Source: an uncultured Bacteroidales bacterium (lineage in GTDB: Bacteria; Bacteroidota; Bacteroidia; Bacteroidales; UBA932). From it: a stretch of DNA of 64,000 nucleotides. This document shows, piece after piece, positions 8,955 to 19,603 of the stretch. The DNA is taken from contig CAMGFA010000003.1 of NCBI GenBank assembly GCA_946055165.1, forward strand, positions 7,786 through 71,785, read 5' to 3'. How positions within the stretch are numbered: the stretch's first letter is position 1; each line of letters begins with the position of its first letter. The notes under the pieces are model-generated. The model saw only the letters and a program-made list of their open reading frames with translations. It ran no database searches and had not been told where the DNA came from. The translations under genes were made by a program, and so were the position numbers.

Positions 8955-10856
8955 ATGAAGAAAATAATCATTGGACTGGCTTCCTTGCTGGCAGGTATTG
9001 CCCTTTTTGCACAGGATCAGCTGGTAAACTGGACCTACGAAGTTGAACATAACGGGGCAGACAGCTATACCGTTGTGTTTACTGGCAAAGTGGCAAGGGG
9101 TTACCATACCTATACCCTCACCGATGAATATTCCGCTACGGAAATTCTCGATGCCGCACTCAGCAAGGGCGAATTCAGCGGAGCCCTTCGCGAATCGGGC
9201 AAAACCGTGACTCTCGACGGGGAGCAGGTTTATGAAGGAAGTATAGAACTTGCCCAGGACATCAAAGTGGACGGAAAAGCCACATATACCGGAACTATAT
9301 ATACAAATGCCTGCAACACAGGCACTTGTAAATCGGAATACTATGATTTTGAAATAAGCATAGGAGAGGAATCGGCCGCTGCTGCTCCGGCAGGGAAAAA
9401 GGACAAGGGCCGCATTTGGGGCCTCATCCTCGAGGCCATTCTCTGGGGTTTTGCAATGCTGCTTACCCCTTGTGTGTTCCCGATGGTGCCAATGACCGTC
9501 TCCTTCTTCATGAAAAGCTCCGGTTCGCCTGCGGCAGGCCGCTTCAAAGCTGGAATGTACGGACTTTTCATTGTCTTGCTCTATACCGTACCTATTTCGC
9601 TTATAATATTGCTTACCAGGATAATAGGTGGCGATGCAGTAACTGCCGACATCTTCAATTGGCTGGCTACGCACTGGCTGCCGAACATTATTTTCTTCCT
9701 GGTGTTCTTTGTGTTTGCTCTGTCTTTCTTCGGTGCGTTTGAAATCACTCTTCCTTCCAAGTGGTCCAATTCGGCCGACAAGAACAGCAATCGTGGCGGC
9801 CTTGGCGGAATTTTCTTCCTTGCCCTCACCCTTGTGCTCGTAAGTTTCAGCTGCACAGGCCCTATTGTGGGATCGGTCCTTATCAAATCCACTCAGGGCG
9901 AATTCTGGGAGCCGATGATTACGATGCTGGCCTTCTCTGTGGCTTTTGCCCTGCCGTTCACCCTTCTGGCTTTCTTCCCTTCGCTCATCCAGAAACTGCA
10001 GCGAAGCAGCGGAAGCTGGCTTGTGTCGGTGAAGGTTGTACTTGGTTTCATTGAGCTTGCTCTTGGCCTCAAGTTCCTCAGCACTGCCGACCAGACCTAT
10101 CACTGGGGCATACTCAACAGGGAAGTGTATCTTGCAATCTGGATAGTGATTTTCACCCTTTTGGGCTTCTATCTTCTCGGGAAAATCCGTTTCAAACACG
10201 AAGACAAGGTGGAAAGCATCGGCACTACAAGGCTTATGCTTTCGATTGTGGTATTCTCTTTTGTGGTTTATCTCATCCCAGGAATGTGGGGAGCACCGCT
10301 CAAGGCATTGTCGGGATATCTTCCGCCTATTACAACTCAGGAATATGTGATTGGTGCACAGGGCAGTGCCGCTGTTGTAAGTGCCGAGCCTAAAGAAAAC
10401 CGCTATGGATTGGAACTGCCTTTGGGACTTACGGGTTATTTCACTTTGGATGAAGGCCTTGCAGCTGCAAAGAAAGAGAACAAGCCTTTGTTTGTGGATG
10501 TTACAGGGCACGGTTGCGTGAACTGCCGCGAAATGGAAGCAAGGGTATGGAGCGACCCTCAGGTGCTGGATATCCTTCGCAACAAATACATTATTGTGGC
10601 TTTGTACAACGACGACAAGCAGAAACTCGATGAAAAAGACTGGGTAAAGGACGAAAACAGCGGCAAGGTGTACAAGGACCTTGGCCGTGCCAATTCTTAT
10701 CTTGCACGTACTCTTTGGGGCGTGAATGCCCAGCCTAACTATGTTCTGCTTGCGCCGGACGGAAGGCAGCTGCAGCCGGTAAGGGGCTATGATCTTTCGG
10801 TTCAGGGTTTTGTGGATTTCCTCAACCGTGGGCTCGCGGAATTTGCTAATAATTAA
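8955..10856 (+). CDS. dsbD: DsbD-family thiol:disulfide interchange protein (N-domain + membrane core + C-terminal thioredoxin)
   Basis: 633 aa with a signal peptide and a polytopic core. The two conserved membrane cysteine motifs are TPCVFPMVP and SCTGPIVG. The C-terminal thioredoxin motif is GHGCVNC. Confidence 0.8.
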   Translation: MKKIIIGLASLLAGIALFAQDQLVNWTYEVEHNGADSYTVVFTGKVARGYHTYTLTDEYSATEILDAALSKGEFSGALRESGKTVTLDGEQVYEGSIELAQDIKVDGKATYTGTIYTNACNTGTCKSEYYDFEISIGEESAAAAPAGKKDKGRIWGLILEAILWGFAMLLTPCVFPMVPMTVSFFMKSSGSPAAGRFKAGMYGLFIVLLYTVPISLIILLTRIIGGDAVTADIFNWLATHWLPNIIFFLVFFVFALSFFGAFEITLPSKWSNSADKNSNRGGLGGIFFLALTLVLVSFSCTGPIVGSVLIKSTQGEFWEPMITMLAFSVAFALPFTLLAFFPSLIQKLQRSSGSWLVSVKVVLGFIELALGLKFLSTADQTYHWGILNREVYLAIWIVIFTLLGFYLLGKIRFKHEDKVESIGTTRLMLSIVVFSFVVYLIPGMWGAPLKALSGYLPPITTQEYVIGAQGSAAVVSAEPKENRYGLELPLGLTGYFTLDEGLAAAKKENKPLFVDVTGHGCVNCREMEARVWSDPQVLDILRNKYIIVALYNDDKQKLDEKDWVKDENSGKVYKDLGRANSYLARTLWGVNAQPNYVLLAPDGRQLQPVRGYDLSVQGFVDFLNRGLAEFANN

Positions 10857-10867
10857 ATATCAATAAT

Positions 10868-13510
10868 ATGACGAAATTTTTCAAATCTTTTGCAATTGCA
10901 GGTGTTGTTGCTCTTGCCGCACTTGCAGTCTCCTGTGAAAATCCAACACAGGACCCCGGCAACAAGCCTGGCGAAAAAGTGGAACCTGAACTTGCTGTAG
11001 AGCTGGCAAGCGCAAATATGCTTTCGGCCGACATCAGCATTACAAGCAAGGCTCTTACGGGCTATGCCTACGTGGTTTATAAAGCCGAAGAGAAATTGCC
11101 GGATGATATAAATGTGATTTTTGCTTCCGGAGTCAAGGGAGAACTTGAAGACGGCCAAAATACTGTGACCATCAGCAATCTCGAAGCAAATACGGCTTAC
11201 AACGCAATTTTTGTTTTCAAGATTTCCGATGAGGAGTTCTACGACGATATTGTGGAGCTGAATTTTACAACCACAGACTACGAAGAAGTCTTTACCCTTG
11301 TTTCCAAGGGAAAGGACAATTTCAAGATGCACGTCATGGTGCCGGACAGCACGAAGGAGGTAGGGAACGCCTTGCGTTATGTTGTTACCAGCTTGCCTAT
11401 GTACAACTATCGCAAGAGCGGGCCTTCACCTTATCTCGATTCCGACCTTCTCACCCTTAATGGAAGCCACCGTTCTTTTGTGAACGATACCACTTTCTAT
11501 TACGGTCCGGAAAATATCCTCGAGACTGATGAAAACGGTAATCCTATTGAAGATGAGTGGACGGGAGATTATTTAACGCACCACCTTCCGATGGCACCAG
11601 GCGAGCCTGTTGTGGTTCTGATTGGTGAATTCCGTTGGGGGGAAAGCGAATATGGCTGGGGAAAGGGCTATTATGTTTCCACCTTCGATACCGAGGCTTA
11701 CTACGCGAGCATAGGGGGCGGATGGATGCCTTGGAGTGCCATTGTAAACGATGAGGGAAGAGACGAGGACGAATTCTGGAACGGAACATTTATCCGCCAG
11801 CACTTTACCCTCGACCCTCCGGAGCCTTTTGATGCTACTTTCGATATCAATATCGATGTGAGTGCAGTTAAGGGTACTATAGATATTGTCCCTTCCGACA
11901 ACGTTGTAGTTTACTGCTATTATATTGCAGATGAGCCAACTTATCAGATGATGCTCGATGACATTGGCCGCGATGAGTCTTACCTGCAGTGGCTCATGAC
12001 TTCTTATTATGCCTCTTCAAGCTATATGATACCGAGCGACAAGGGCCCTGTAAGCATCAAGCTTGAGGAATTTTTCTATGATGTGCAGCCGGAAACGCCT
12101 TACCATCTGCTTATTGTGGGTATGGGAGATGAGAATGGTTACACACAGTGCTTTGTGCACCAGGAATTTGAAACCAAAAAGAAGAGCCTTCCTGCTCCTA
12201 AGGTGGAGGTCAAGGCAATTGCCAACCCTTCAGGTACAGAATCGCCTTATGAGGTGTGGTTCAATGCCAAGTGTACTACAAAGGATGCTGTGAGCGCCAA
12301 GTACGCAGCCAATTACGAAAGTGAGTTCGGAAAGGCCATTAATGCAGGCGACACTTATGCAAGCCTTGTTGAGCAGGGTTTTGTGCTTACTGAAGCAGAT
12401 ATCCGGGATTTGAATTCCGACGAGGGTCTTGATTTTTCATTCACCTCCTTGCCTGATGCCACCACCGTTCTCGCAGTGCTTGCCTACAATGAGGAAAATA
12501 CCCATAATGTAATCGACGAAAAGGATATGTCTGCAGTTGCTTCTGCCCGCACAATCAAGCGGCCGGCAAAAGAGCCTGTGACTTCGTCTCTTTTCACCAG
12601 TCTTCCTGGGGAATGGACAATGTCGGGAGATGTGCAGAAATGGAATGGAAGCAGTTGGCTTGACGATGGCGAGAAATCCTGCAAGGTGACAATTTGCAGC
12701 GGAGTAAGCTGTCCGGAATCTTTGGACGAAGCCGCTTATGCTGTTTACGAAAAGAAAACAGATAAGACAAGGGAGGAAATCGACGCCCTTTACGAAGAAT
12801 TCAAGCAGGAGTGTGCAGAGTTCAACACCATGCTCAAGGACCAGAACCGTCTGCTCTGTCTTGGCTTCGGTTACGATCTTTACGGTACTCTGCAGGATGT
12901 CAAGACTCCTTACGATCTTTTTGTAAGTGAAAGATACACCGGTTATGACAATCGTTCCATCCTCCACGATTTCGGACCAAAATGGTACATAGAGATTACC
13001 GGAGAAAACGAGGCTTTTGTACCAGTGAACACCGTTGTGGAGTATCCTGAAATGGTTGAATCTTATTACACCCATTATCTCGTGGGAATTGGGGAAGAAG
13101 GATATATCAATGTAAATCCTGCAGACAAGCTTGCTCCGGCAGAATTCCCTCTTGAGATTTCCGGCACCGATTCTTTCTCTGTGAATCCTTTGATTTATAA
13201 TAATGAGCCGTATTATCTTAATGATATTACATTCTACGGTTCATATGCATTCTCTTCCCAGATCAAGACAGTGAGCGAACTCCGCTTTACCCGTGGAAGC
13301 ACCGGGGAAGTTGAAACTGCATCGGTGAAGTCTTCTGCTGCAAAGAGCTGCAGCATTCCTTCTGCAACAGGTTTTGAAGGCTCAAGGAAGCACAATGCAA
13401 TGCGCAAGACTCCAATCAGGGAGGGCAGGCAGCTGAAGGAAGTTGTGTTCAAACCTCTTACTCCAGAACAGATTCAGGAAAACAAGGCTAAATTCTTTGG
13501 ACAGAAATGA
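10868..13510 (+). CDS. Large uncharacterised surface lipoprotein
   Basis: 880 aa with a signal peptide and lipobox (LAALAVSC). The N-terminal segment looks Fn3/Ig-like. I recognise no catalytic motif. Confidence 0.6.
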   Translation: MTKFFKSFAIAGVVALAALAVSCENPTQDPGNKPGEKVEPELAVELASANMLSADISITSKALTGYAYVVYKAEEKLPDDINVIFASGVKGELEDGQNTVTISNLEANTAYNAIFVFKISDEEFYDDIVELNFTTTDYEEVFTLVSKGKDNFKMHVMVPDSTKEVGNALRYVVTSLPMYNYRKSGPSPYLDSDLLTLNGSHRSFVNDTTFYYGPENILETDENGNPIEDEWTGDYLTHHLPMAPGEPVVVLIGEFRWGESEYGWGKGYYVSTFDTEAYYASIGGGWMPWSAIVNDEGRDEDEFWNGTFIRQHFTLDPPEPFDATFDINIDVSAVKGTIDIVPSDNVVVYCYYIADEPTYQMMLDDIGRDESYLQWLMTSYYASSSYMIPSDKGPVSIKLEEFFYDVQPETPYHLLIVGMGDENGYTQCFVHQEFETKKKSLPAPKVEVKAIANPSGTESPYEVWFNAKCTTKDAVSAKYAANYESEFGKAINAGDTYASLVEQGFVLTEADIRDLNSDEGLDFSFTSLPDATTVLAVLAYNEENTHNVIDEKDMSAVASARTIKRPAKEPVTSSLFTSLPGEWTMSGDVQKWNGSSWLDDGEKSCKVTICSGVSCPESLDEAAYAVYEKKTDKTREEIDALYEEFKQECAEFNTMLKDQNRLLCLGFGYDLYGTLQDVKTPYDLFVSERYTGYDNRSILHDFGPKWYIEITGENEAFVPVNTVVEYPEMVESYYTHYLVGIGEEGYINVNPADKLAPAEFPLEISGTDSFSVNPLIYNNEPYYLNDITFYGSYAFSSQIKTVSELRFTRGSTGEVETASVKSSAAKSCSIPSATGFEGSRKHNAMRKTPIREGRQLKEVVFKPLTPEQIQENKAKFFGQK

Positions 13511-14640
13511 AAAAGTTTACAAGTATATTGATTTTGGCCTCTGTGCTGTTTTGCTTCGGCTGTACAAAGGAGCCAAACAGCCCCGGGGACAATAACGGAG
13601 TTGACAACGAAAAAAAGGAGCTTACCATTGAGGTGAGCAAGGTTCTCATCCAGGCCAATGGAGTGGACGGCTCGCAGATAATTGTCAGATACGGGGACGA
13701 AGAGCTTACGGAAGGTGTAAGCATCTACGACAGCAGCAACAACAAGGTGGATCTTGAAAATATGCTTTTCAAGACCACCGAAGCCGGTACATATCACTTC
13801 TGGGCAGCTTACAAGACCTTCAATACCGGAACAGAGCTGGACAAGATGGCAAGTGTGACCGCAATCGACGGGGCTGTTCCTCAGCTTCCGGCCGATTCCC
13901 AACCAAACAGTCTTTCCTTTGCAAGAAGGGTCCTCATTGTGGATTTTACCGGAAATAAATGCCCTTTCTGCCCTGCTATGATAAACCTGCTCAATCAGTT
14001 TACAACATACAAGGAGTATCAGGATAAATGGCATCTTGCAGTCTGTCACGAATTCAATGAAGACGATCCGGCTTATTTCGATGGCAGAATGGGAAATGCA
14101 GTTGGCGTACGCGGCTATCCGAATGTCTTCCTCGATATGAATCCTGAAACATATTTTGGTGATTACAATAACATATCTGCATTTGAAAAGAAATTTAAGG
14201 AGGAATATGCTGCATCCGAGGCCAAGGCAGGCTTGAGCATTTCATCCGCCCTGTATGAAAACACTCTTGTTATAAGGGCCGGTATCAAGGCTTCCGAGGA
14301 CGGTAATTACCGCCTTGCCTGCTGGTTGCTCGAAGACGGAATAAAGGCCGCGCAGGCGAATGGTTTGAATATTCCGGGAGATTTTTCCACCCACAACAAC
14401 TGCATCCGCCTGGTGTTCGGAAAGAATGCCACCAAGGATTTCAGCGGACAGCGCTATGTGCTCAAGGCCGGCGAGACCGTGGACCAGTTCATAATGATGG
14501 ATGTGAATGAAAAGTGGAAGACAGAAAATCTCCATCTCCTGCTTATGGTGAGCACCGCTTCCGAAAACGGAAGGTATTATGTGAACAATGTCATAGACTG
14601 CCCGATAAACGACAGCATGGGCTATGTTTACGCAGAATGA
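13507..14640 (+). CDS. Thioredoxin-fold lipoprotein (Ig-like N-domain + CxxC domain), possibly Omp28-related
   Basis: 377 aa with lipobox LFCFGC and CPFC within FTGNKCPFCP. Its start overlaps the upstream stop (ATGA at 13507-13510). It resembles the product of 62424-63176 in architecture. Confidence 0.6.
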   Translation: MKKFTSILILASVLFCFGCTKEPNSPGDNNGVDNEKKELTIEVSKVLIQANGVDGSQIIVRYGDEELTEGVSIYDSSNNKVDLENMLFKTTEAGTYHFWAAYKTFNTGTELDKMASVTAIDGAVPQLPADSQPNSLSFARRVLIVDFTGNKCPFCPAMINLLNQFTTYKEYQDKWHLAVCHEFNEDDPAYFDGRMGNAVGVRGYPNVFLDMNPETYFGDYNNISAFEKKFKEEYAASEAKAGLSISSALYENTLVIRAGIKASEDGNYRLACWLLEDGIKAAQANGLNIPGDFSTHNNCIRLVFGKNATKDFSGQRYVLKAGETVDQFIMMDVNEKWKTENLHLLLMVSTASENGRYYVNNVIDCPINDSMGYVYAE

Positions 14641-14666
14641 TTTGCGATAATTAAACATTATAGACA

Positions 14667-16439
14667 ATGTACAGAACACACACCTGCGGAGAGCTGCGGC
14701 TCTCCGACAAAGGTAAGAAGGTCTGCCTCGCCGGCTGGGTGCAGAAATCCAGAAAATTGGGCGGAATGACCTTCATCGACCTTCGCGACCGCTATGGAAT
14801 TACACAGCTTGTTGTAAGGGCCGATGCGGCACCGGAGCTTGCTTCCGTTGCCGAAAAACTCGGCCGTGAGTTTGTGATTCAGGCTCGCGGAGAGGTATTG
14901 GAACGTGAAAGCAAAAACCCCAAGCTGCCTACGGGCGATATAGAGATACAGCTTGAGAGTATCAACATTCTCAACAGGAGTGTCACGCCTCCTTTTACAA
15001 TTGAGGAGAACAGCGATGGCGGAGAGGAAATCCGTGCCCGCTACCGCTATCTCGATTTGCGCCGTCCTCCGCTTCAAAGAGCACTCGCTCTTCGTCACCG
15101 CCTTGCCCAGGAAGTCCGCAATTACCTCGACGCCCAAGGCTTCATGGAGATAGAGACACCATATCTCATCAAGTCCACTCCGGAAGGAGCCCGCGACTTT
15201 GTGGTGCCTTCAAGAATGAATCCGGGCCAGTTCTACGCCCTTCCTCAAAGCCCTCAGACCTTCAAGCAGCTCCTTATGGTTGCCGGTTACGACCGTTATT
15301 TCCAGATTGTCCGCTGCTTCCGCGACGAGGACCTCAGGGCCGACCGCCAGCCGGAGTTTACCCAGATCGACTGCGAAATGAGTTTTGTGGAGCAGGAAGA
15401 TGTGCTCAATACCTTCGAGGGAATGATGCGCCAGATGTTCCACAACGCTCTCGGTGTTGATATTGCCAATCCTATTCCAAGAATGGACTGGTACACGGCT
15501 ATGGACCGCTACGGTTCCGACAAGCCGGATATCCGTTTCGGAATGGAGATTCACGACATCACATCCCTTGTAAAGGGCTGCGGATTCTCTGTTTTCGATT
15601 CAAGCGAATACATAGGCGCCATTGCTGTGGAAGGCTGCGGCGAATACACCCGCAAGCAGCTCGATGAACTCACCGACTGGGTAAAACGCCCTCAGGTGGG
15701 AGCAAAGGGCCTTGTTTATATTAAAATCGCCCACGACGGCAGTATAAAATCGAGCGTGGACAAATTCTACACAGCGGAGCAGCTTCAGGAACTTGTAAAG
15801 ACTTGCGAGGCCAAGGCCGGAGACCTTGTACTTGTTCTTTGCGGAGCAAAACGCAAGACCCAGACCCAACTCGGAGTGCTCCGTATAGAGATGGGTAACC
15901 GTCTGGGACTCAGGGACCCTAAGGTTTTTGCCCCACTTTGGATTGTGGATTTCCCTCTCCTTGAATGGAGCGAGGAGGACCAGCGCTTCTATGCAATGCA
16001 CCATCCTTTCACCGCTCCTAAGCCTGAGCATGAGGCTCTCTTCTATTCCGATAGGAAAGAAGATCTCGAAAAGGTATGTGCCAATGCCTACGACTTCGTG
16101 CTCAACGGAACCGAACTTGGCGGCGGCTCCATCCGTATCCACGATGCGGCAATGCAGAGCCGTATGTTCGATGTCCTGGGCATAAGCAAGGAAGATGCAG
16201 AATACAAGTTCGGCTTTATCATCAACGCCTTCAAGTTCGGAGCTCCGCCTCACGGAGGCCTTGCTTTCGGTTTCGACCGTGTCTGCGCCCTCTTTGGCGG
16301 CCAGGAGACCATCCGCGACTACATCGCCTTCCCTAAGAACAACCAGGGACGCGATGTGATGATAGACTCTCCGAGCCTTATCGACCAGGTACAGATGGAC
16401 GAACTCTGCCTCAAGAGCACAGCAGGGGACAAGAAATGA
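14667..16439 (+). CDS. aspS: Aspartate--tRNA ligase
   Basis: 590 aa starting [11 protein letters not shown]. Class II motifs include [18 protein letters not shown] and GGGSIRIH, followed by GGLAFGFDR. Confidence 0.95.
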   Translation: MYRTHTCGELRLSDKGKKVCLAGWVQKSRKLGGMTFIDLRDRYGITQLVVRADAAPELASVAEKLGREFVIQARGEVLERESKNPKLPTGDIEIQLESINILNRSVTPPFTIEENSDGGEEIRARYRYLDLRRPPLQRALALRHRLAQEVRNYLDAQGFMEIETPYLIKSTPEGARDFVVPSRMNPGQFYALPQSPQTFKQLLMVAGYDRYFQIVRCFRDEDLRADRQPEFTQIDCEMSFVEQEDVLNTFEGMMRQMFHNALGVDIANPIPRMDWYTAMDRYGSDKPDIRFGMEIHDITSLVKGCGFSVFDSSEYIGAIAVEGCGEYTRKQLDELTDWVKRPQVGAKGLVYIKIAHDGSIKSSVDKFYTAEQLQELVKTCEAKAGDLVLVLCGAKRKTQTQLGVLRIEMGNRLGLRDPKVFAPLWIVDFPLLEWSEEDQRFYAMHHPFTAPKPEHEALFYSDRKEDLEKVCANAYDFVLNGTELGGGSIRIHDAAMQSRMFDVLGISKEDAEYKFGFIINAFKFGAPPHGGLAFGFDRVCALFGGQETIRDYIAFPKNNQGRDVMIDSPSLIDQVQMDELCLKSTAGDKK

Positions 16440-17449
16440 TAAAACGCATTCCCGATTACGATCTGAGCGCGCAGAACACTTTCAGAATGAAGGTGTCCTG
16501 CGCCTTGTATATCGAATACGACAGCATAGCTGATTTGCAGAGCCTGGATTTCGAGGCTCTGCCCCAGCCGCTGTTGAGTATTGGGGAGGGTTCCAACCTG
16601 CTATTTACAAAAGACTTCGAGGGAACTGTACTGTGCAGCCGCATCAATTACATAAAATATTTTGATGTTGGGGCCGATTCGGTTCCTCTTGCTGTGGGTG
16701 CGGGAGTGAAGTGGGATGATCTTGTGCTCAAGACCTGCGAAGACGGCCTCTGGGGTGCGGAGAATCTTTCCCTTATTCCCGGAACCGTGGGCGCGGCCGC
16801 AGTGCAGAACATAGGGGCTTATGGCGTTGAGGTAAAGGACATCATTGCGGGAGTTACCTGTTTCGACATCCTCAAAAAGGAAAAGACGGCCTTCAAAGTC
16901 CCTGACTGCCGCTATGCCTACCGCGATTCCATTTTCAAGAGCCCTGAATACAAGGGCCGTTACATCATAACCGGCGTGCTTTTCAAACTCTCCCGCAAGC
17001 CTGTGCCCAAATTGGAGTACGGTGCTCTCAAGGCTGCTTTTGCCGATGAAGTACCTCACAGTCCGATGCAGGTGAGGGAGAAAATCATTGCCATCCGCGA
17101 CTCCAAACTGCCACGTCCGCAGGATGTGGGCAGCGCCGGCAGCTTTTTCAAAAATCCGGTAGTGAGTGCCGAGCAGTTCCTCAAGATTTCCGAGGGCTAT
17201 ACTTCTGTACCTCATTACCTTTTGCCACAGGGCTTTATAAAGGTGCCTGCCGCCTGGCTCATCGAGCAGTGCGGCTTCAAGGGAAAAATCAAAGGCAAAG
17301 CCGCTGTGTGGGACAAGCAGCCTCTTGTGATAGTGAATAATAGCGGCGACGCTTTGCCCCGGGACATTTTATCTTTGGAACAGGAAATAGTCGAAGCCGT
17401 GAAGGCCCGCTTCGGAGTGGAACTCCATCCCGAAGTGGAACATATATAG
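16436..17449 (+). CDS. murB: UDP-N-acetylenolpyruvoylglucosamine reductase
   Basis: 337 aa with FAD-binding N-terminal motifs (NTFRM..., GEGSNLLF) and [10 protein letters not shown]. Its start overlaps the aspS stop (ATGA). Confidence 0.9.
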   Translation: MIKRIPDYDLSAQNTFRMKVSCALYIEYDSIADLQSLDFEALPQPLLSIGEGSNLLFTKDFEGTVLCSRINYIKYFDVGADSVPLAVGAGVKWDDLVLKTCEDGLWGAENLSLIPGTVGAAAVQNIGAYGVEVKDIIAGVTCFDILKKEKTAFKVPDCRYAYRDSIFKSPEYKGRYIITGVLFKLSRKPVPKLEYGALKAAFADEVPHSPMQVREKIIAIRDSKLPRPQDVGSAGSFFKNPVVSAEQFLKISEGYTSVPHYLLPQGFIKVPAAWLIEQCGFKGKIKGKAAVWDKQPLVIVNNSGDALPRDILSLEQEIVEAVKARFGVELHPEVEHI

Positions 17450-17453
17450 GAAT

Positions 17454-18764
17454 ATGAGTACATTTATCATAGAAGGAGGCCACCCTTTGAGTGGCAGCAT
17501 TCAGGTTCAAGGCGCCAAGAACGAGGCACTCGAAGTTATTTGCGCGGTCCTTTTGAGCGAGGACAAAGTGCGGATTTCCAATATTCCTGAAATACTCGAT
17601 ACCCTTAATCTCATCAAGTTGCTTCAGGCAATGGGTGTGGAAGTGGAACGTCACGCCAAAGGGGATTACTCCTTCAGGGCCGCCCGGATTGACAGGGATT
17701 ACATCTGCAGCGCCGACTTTGTGAGCCGTTGTGCAAAACTCAGAGGCTCGGTAATGGTATCGGGTCCGCTGCTCGCCCGCTTCGGCCACAGCTATTTCCC
17801 AAAGCCCGGCGGAGACAAAATCGGGCGCCGCAGGGTCGATACCCATATCGAAGGTTTCGTGAAACTGGGTGCAGGCTATTCCTATGACAATGAGCTGAAA
17901 GCCTATAGCATAGAGGCTCCCGACGGCTTGCACGGCAGCTATATGCTACTGGATGAAGCCTCGGTTACAGGTACGGCCAATATCATTATGGCAGCAGTTC
18001 TTGCAAAAGGTTTCACTACCATATACAATGCCGCCTGTGAGCCTTATGTCCAGCAACTCTGTCTGCTTTTGAGCAGGATGGGTGCACATATCAGTGGAAT
18101 CGGCTCGAATCTCCTTACAATAGAGGGCGTGGAGAGTCTGCACGGTGCTATTCACCGCATTCTGCCCGATATGATTGAGGTGGGATCGTTTATCGGCCTG
18201 GCTGCCATAACACGCAGCACGCTCAGAATCAAGGATGTGCACTACGAACAGCTGGGAATCATCCCCGACTGTTTCCGCAAGCTCGGCGTACGGATCGACC
18301 GCGACGGCAACGATATCATTATCCCCGCCCAGGAGAGCTACGAGATAGAATCGTTCATCGACGGCTCCATTATGACTCTGGCCGATGCCCCTTGGCCGGG
18401 CCTCACTCCCGATCTGTTGTCGGTTATGCTCGTTGTTGCCACGCAGTGCAAGGGCTCGGTGCTCATCCACCAGAAGATGTTCGAAAGCCGTCTCTTCTTT
18501 GTGGACAAACTCATTGACATGGGTGCCCAGATCATCCTCTGCGACCCTCACAGGGCTGTAGTCATCGGGCACAATCACCAGCACAATCTCAAGCCGGGCA
18601 AGATGTCGTCGCCCGATATCCGCGCCGGAATTGCCTTGCTTCTTGCGGCTCTGTCCAGCCCGGGACACAGCGAAATCAACAATATCGAACAAATCGACCG
18701 CGGCTACGAGGCCATTGACGAACGCCTCAATGCACTTGGTGCAAAAATTATAAGAAAAGACTGA
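17454..18764 (+). CDS. murA: UDP-N-acetylglucosamine 1-carboxyvinyltransferase (Asp variant at the Cys115-equivalent site)
   Basis: 436 aa with F.IEGG..LSG.I.VQGAKNEAL at the N-terminus. The active-site loop reads KPGGDKIGRRRVDTH. Confidence 0.9.
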   Translation: MSTFIIEGGHPLSGSIQVQGAKNEALEVICAVLLSEDKVRISNIPEILDTLNLIKLLQAMGVEVERHAKGDYSFRAARIDRDYICSADFVSRCAKLRGSVMVSGPLLARFGHSYFPKPGGDKIGRRRVDTHIEGFVKLGAGYSYDNELKAYSIEAPDGLHGSYMLLDEASVTGTANIIMAAVLAKGFTTIYNAACEPYVQQLCLLLSRMGAHISGIGSNLLTIEGVESLHGAIHRILPDMIEVGSFIGLAAITRSTLRIKDVHYEQLGIIPDCFRKLGVRIDRDGNDIIIPAQESYEIESFIDGSIMTLADAPWPGLTPDLLSVMLVVATQCKGSVLIHQKMFESRLFFVDKLIDMGAQIILCDPHRAVVIGHNHQHNLKPGKMSSPDIRAGIALLLAALSSPGHSEINNIEQIDRGYEAIDERLNALGAKIIRKD

Positions 18765-18766
18765 AT

Positions 18767-19603
18767 ATGAAGAAGATGCACACTGCAGCCCTTGCGCTGC
18801 TGGCAGCTTTTGTCTGCCTGAGTTCCTGCAAAAGCGGGGCAATTGACGAAGCCGTGACCATCCAGGGCGACCACGGACGCCTTGTGGGCCGGGTGCTCAA
18901 ACCGGAATCGGCCGGAAAATGTCCTCTTACAATAGTTTGCCACGGACTCACAGGCAATCACAATGAAAACCACCTTATGGCGGTGGTGGACTCTCTTTAC
19001 AGTGCTGGGATTGCTACGGTGCGCTTCGATTTCAACGGTCACGGCCAGAGCGAGGGCCGCTTTTCGCAGATGACTTTGGACAACGAACTGTCCGACCTTC
19101 ACTGCATCTACGACTATGTCTGCTCCCTCCCTTGGGTTGACAAGCGCAATATCAGCATTGTGGGTCATTCCCAGGGCGGTCTTATAAGCGGTCTTTTCGC
19201 CGGCGATATGGGGGCCGATGCCATTTCAACGGCTGTTCTGCTTGCTCCTGCCGCCTGCATTACCGTTCAGGCGCAAAAGGGAAACATGTTCTCCCTTTCC
19301 ACCCCTCTGAGCAAAATGCCCGACAGCCTTGAGTTTTGGGGAGGGCGCTATCTGGGTAAAGCTTATGTCGAAGGAGCAGCAAAGATTGACTGTTACGCCC
19401 GCACCGCCGCCTATTCAGGGCCGATTCTTGTAGTTCAGGGCGACAAGGACGATCCCGGGCTTCTGCACGATGCCCGCAACTATGCTCCGGCAGTGAAGCA
19501 GCTCGAATATGTGGAAATCGAGGGCCTGACCCACTGCTTCCCGGAGGACTACGCTACTCCGGCAAAATACACCAAAGATTTTATAGTCAAGAATCTGAGA
19601 TAA
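18767..19603 (+). CDS. Secreted/lipoprotein alpha/beta hydrolase
   Basis: 278 aa with a signal peptide and lipobox (LSSC) and a nucleophile elbow GHSQGG. It starts 2 nt after the murA stop. Confidence 0.7.
   Translation: MKKMHTAALALLAAFVCLSSCKSGAIDEAVTIQGDHGRLVGRVLKPESAGKCPLTIVCHGLTGNHNENHLMAVVDSLYSAGIATVRFDFNGHGQSEGRFSQMTLDNELSDLHCIYDYVCSLPWVDKRNISIVGHSQGGLISGLFAGDMGADAISTAVLLAPAACITVQAQKGNMFSLSTPLSKMPDSLEFWGGRYLGKAYVEGAAKIDCYARTAAYSGPILVVQGDKDDPGLLHDARNYAPAVKQLEYVEIEGLTHCFPEDYATPAKYTKDFIVKNLR

Noticed and set aside
8811-10511. 566-aa minus-strand ORF
   Set aside because: It is antisense to the DsbD-like gene and has no recognisable motifs.
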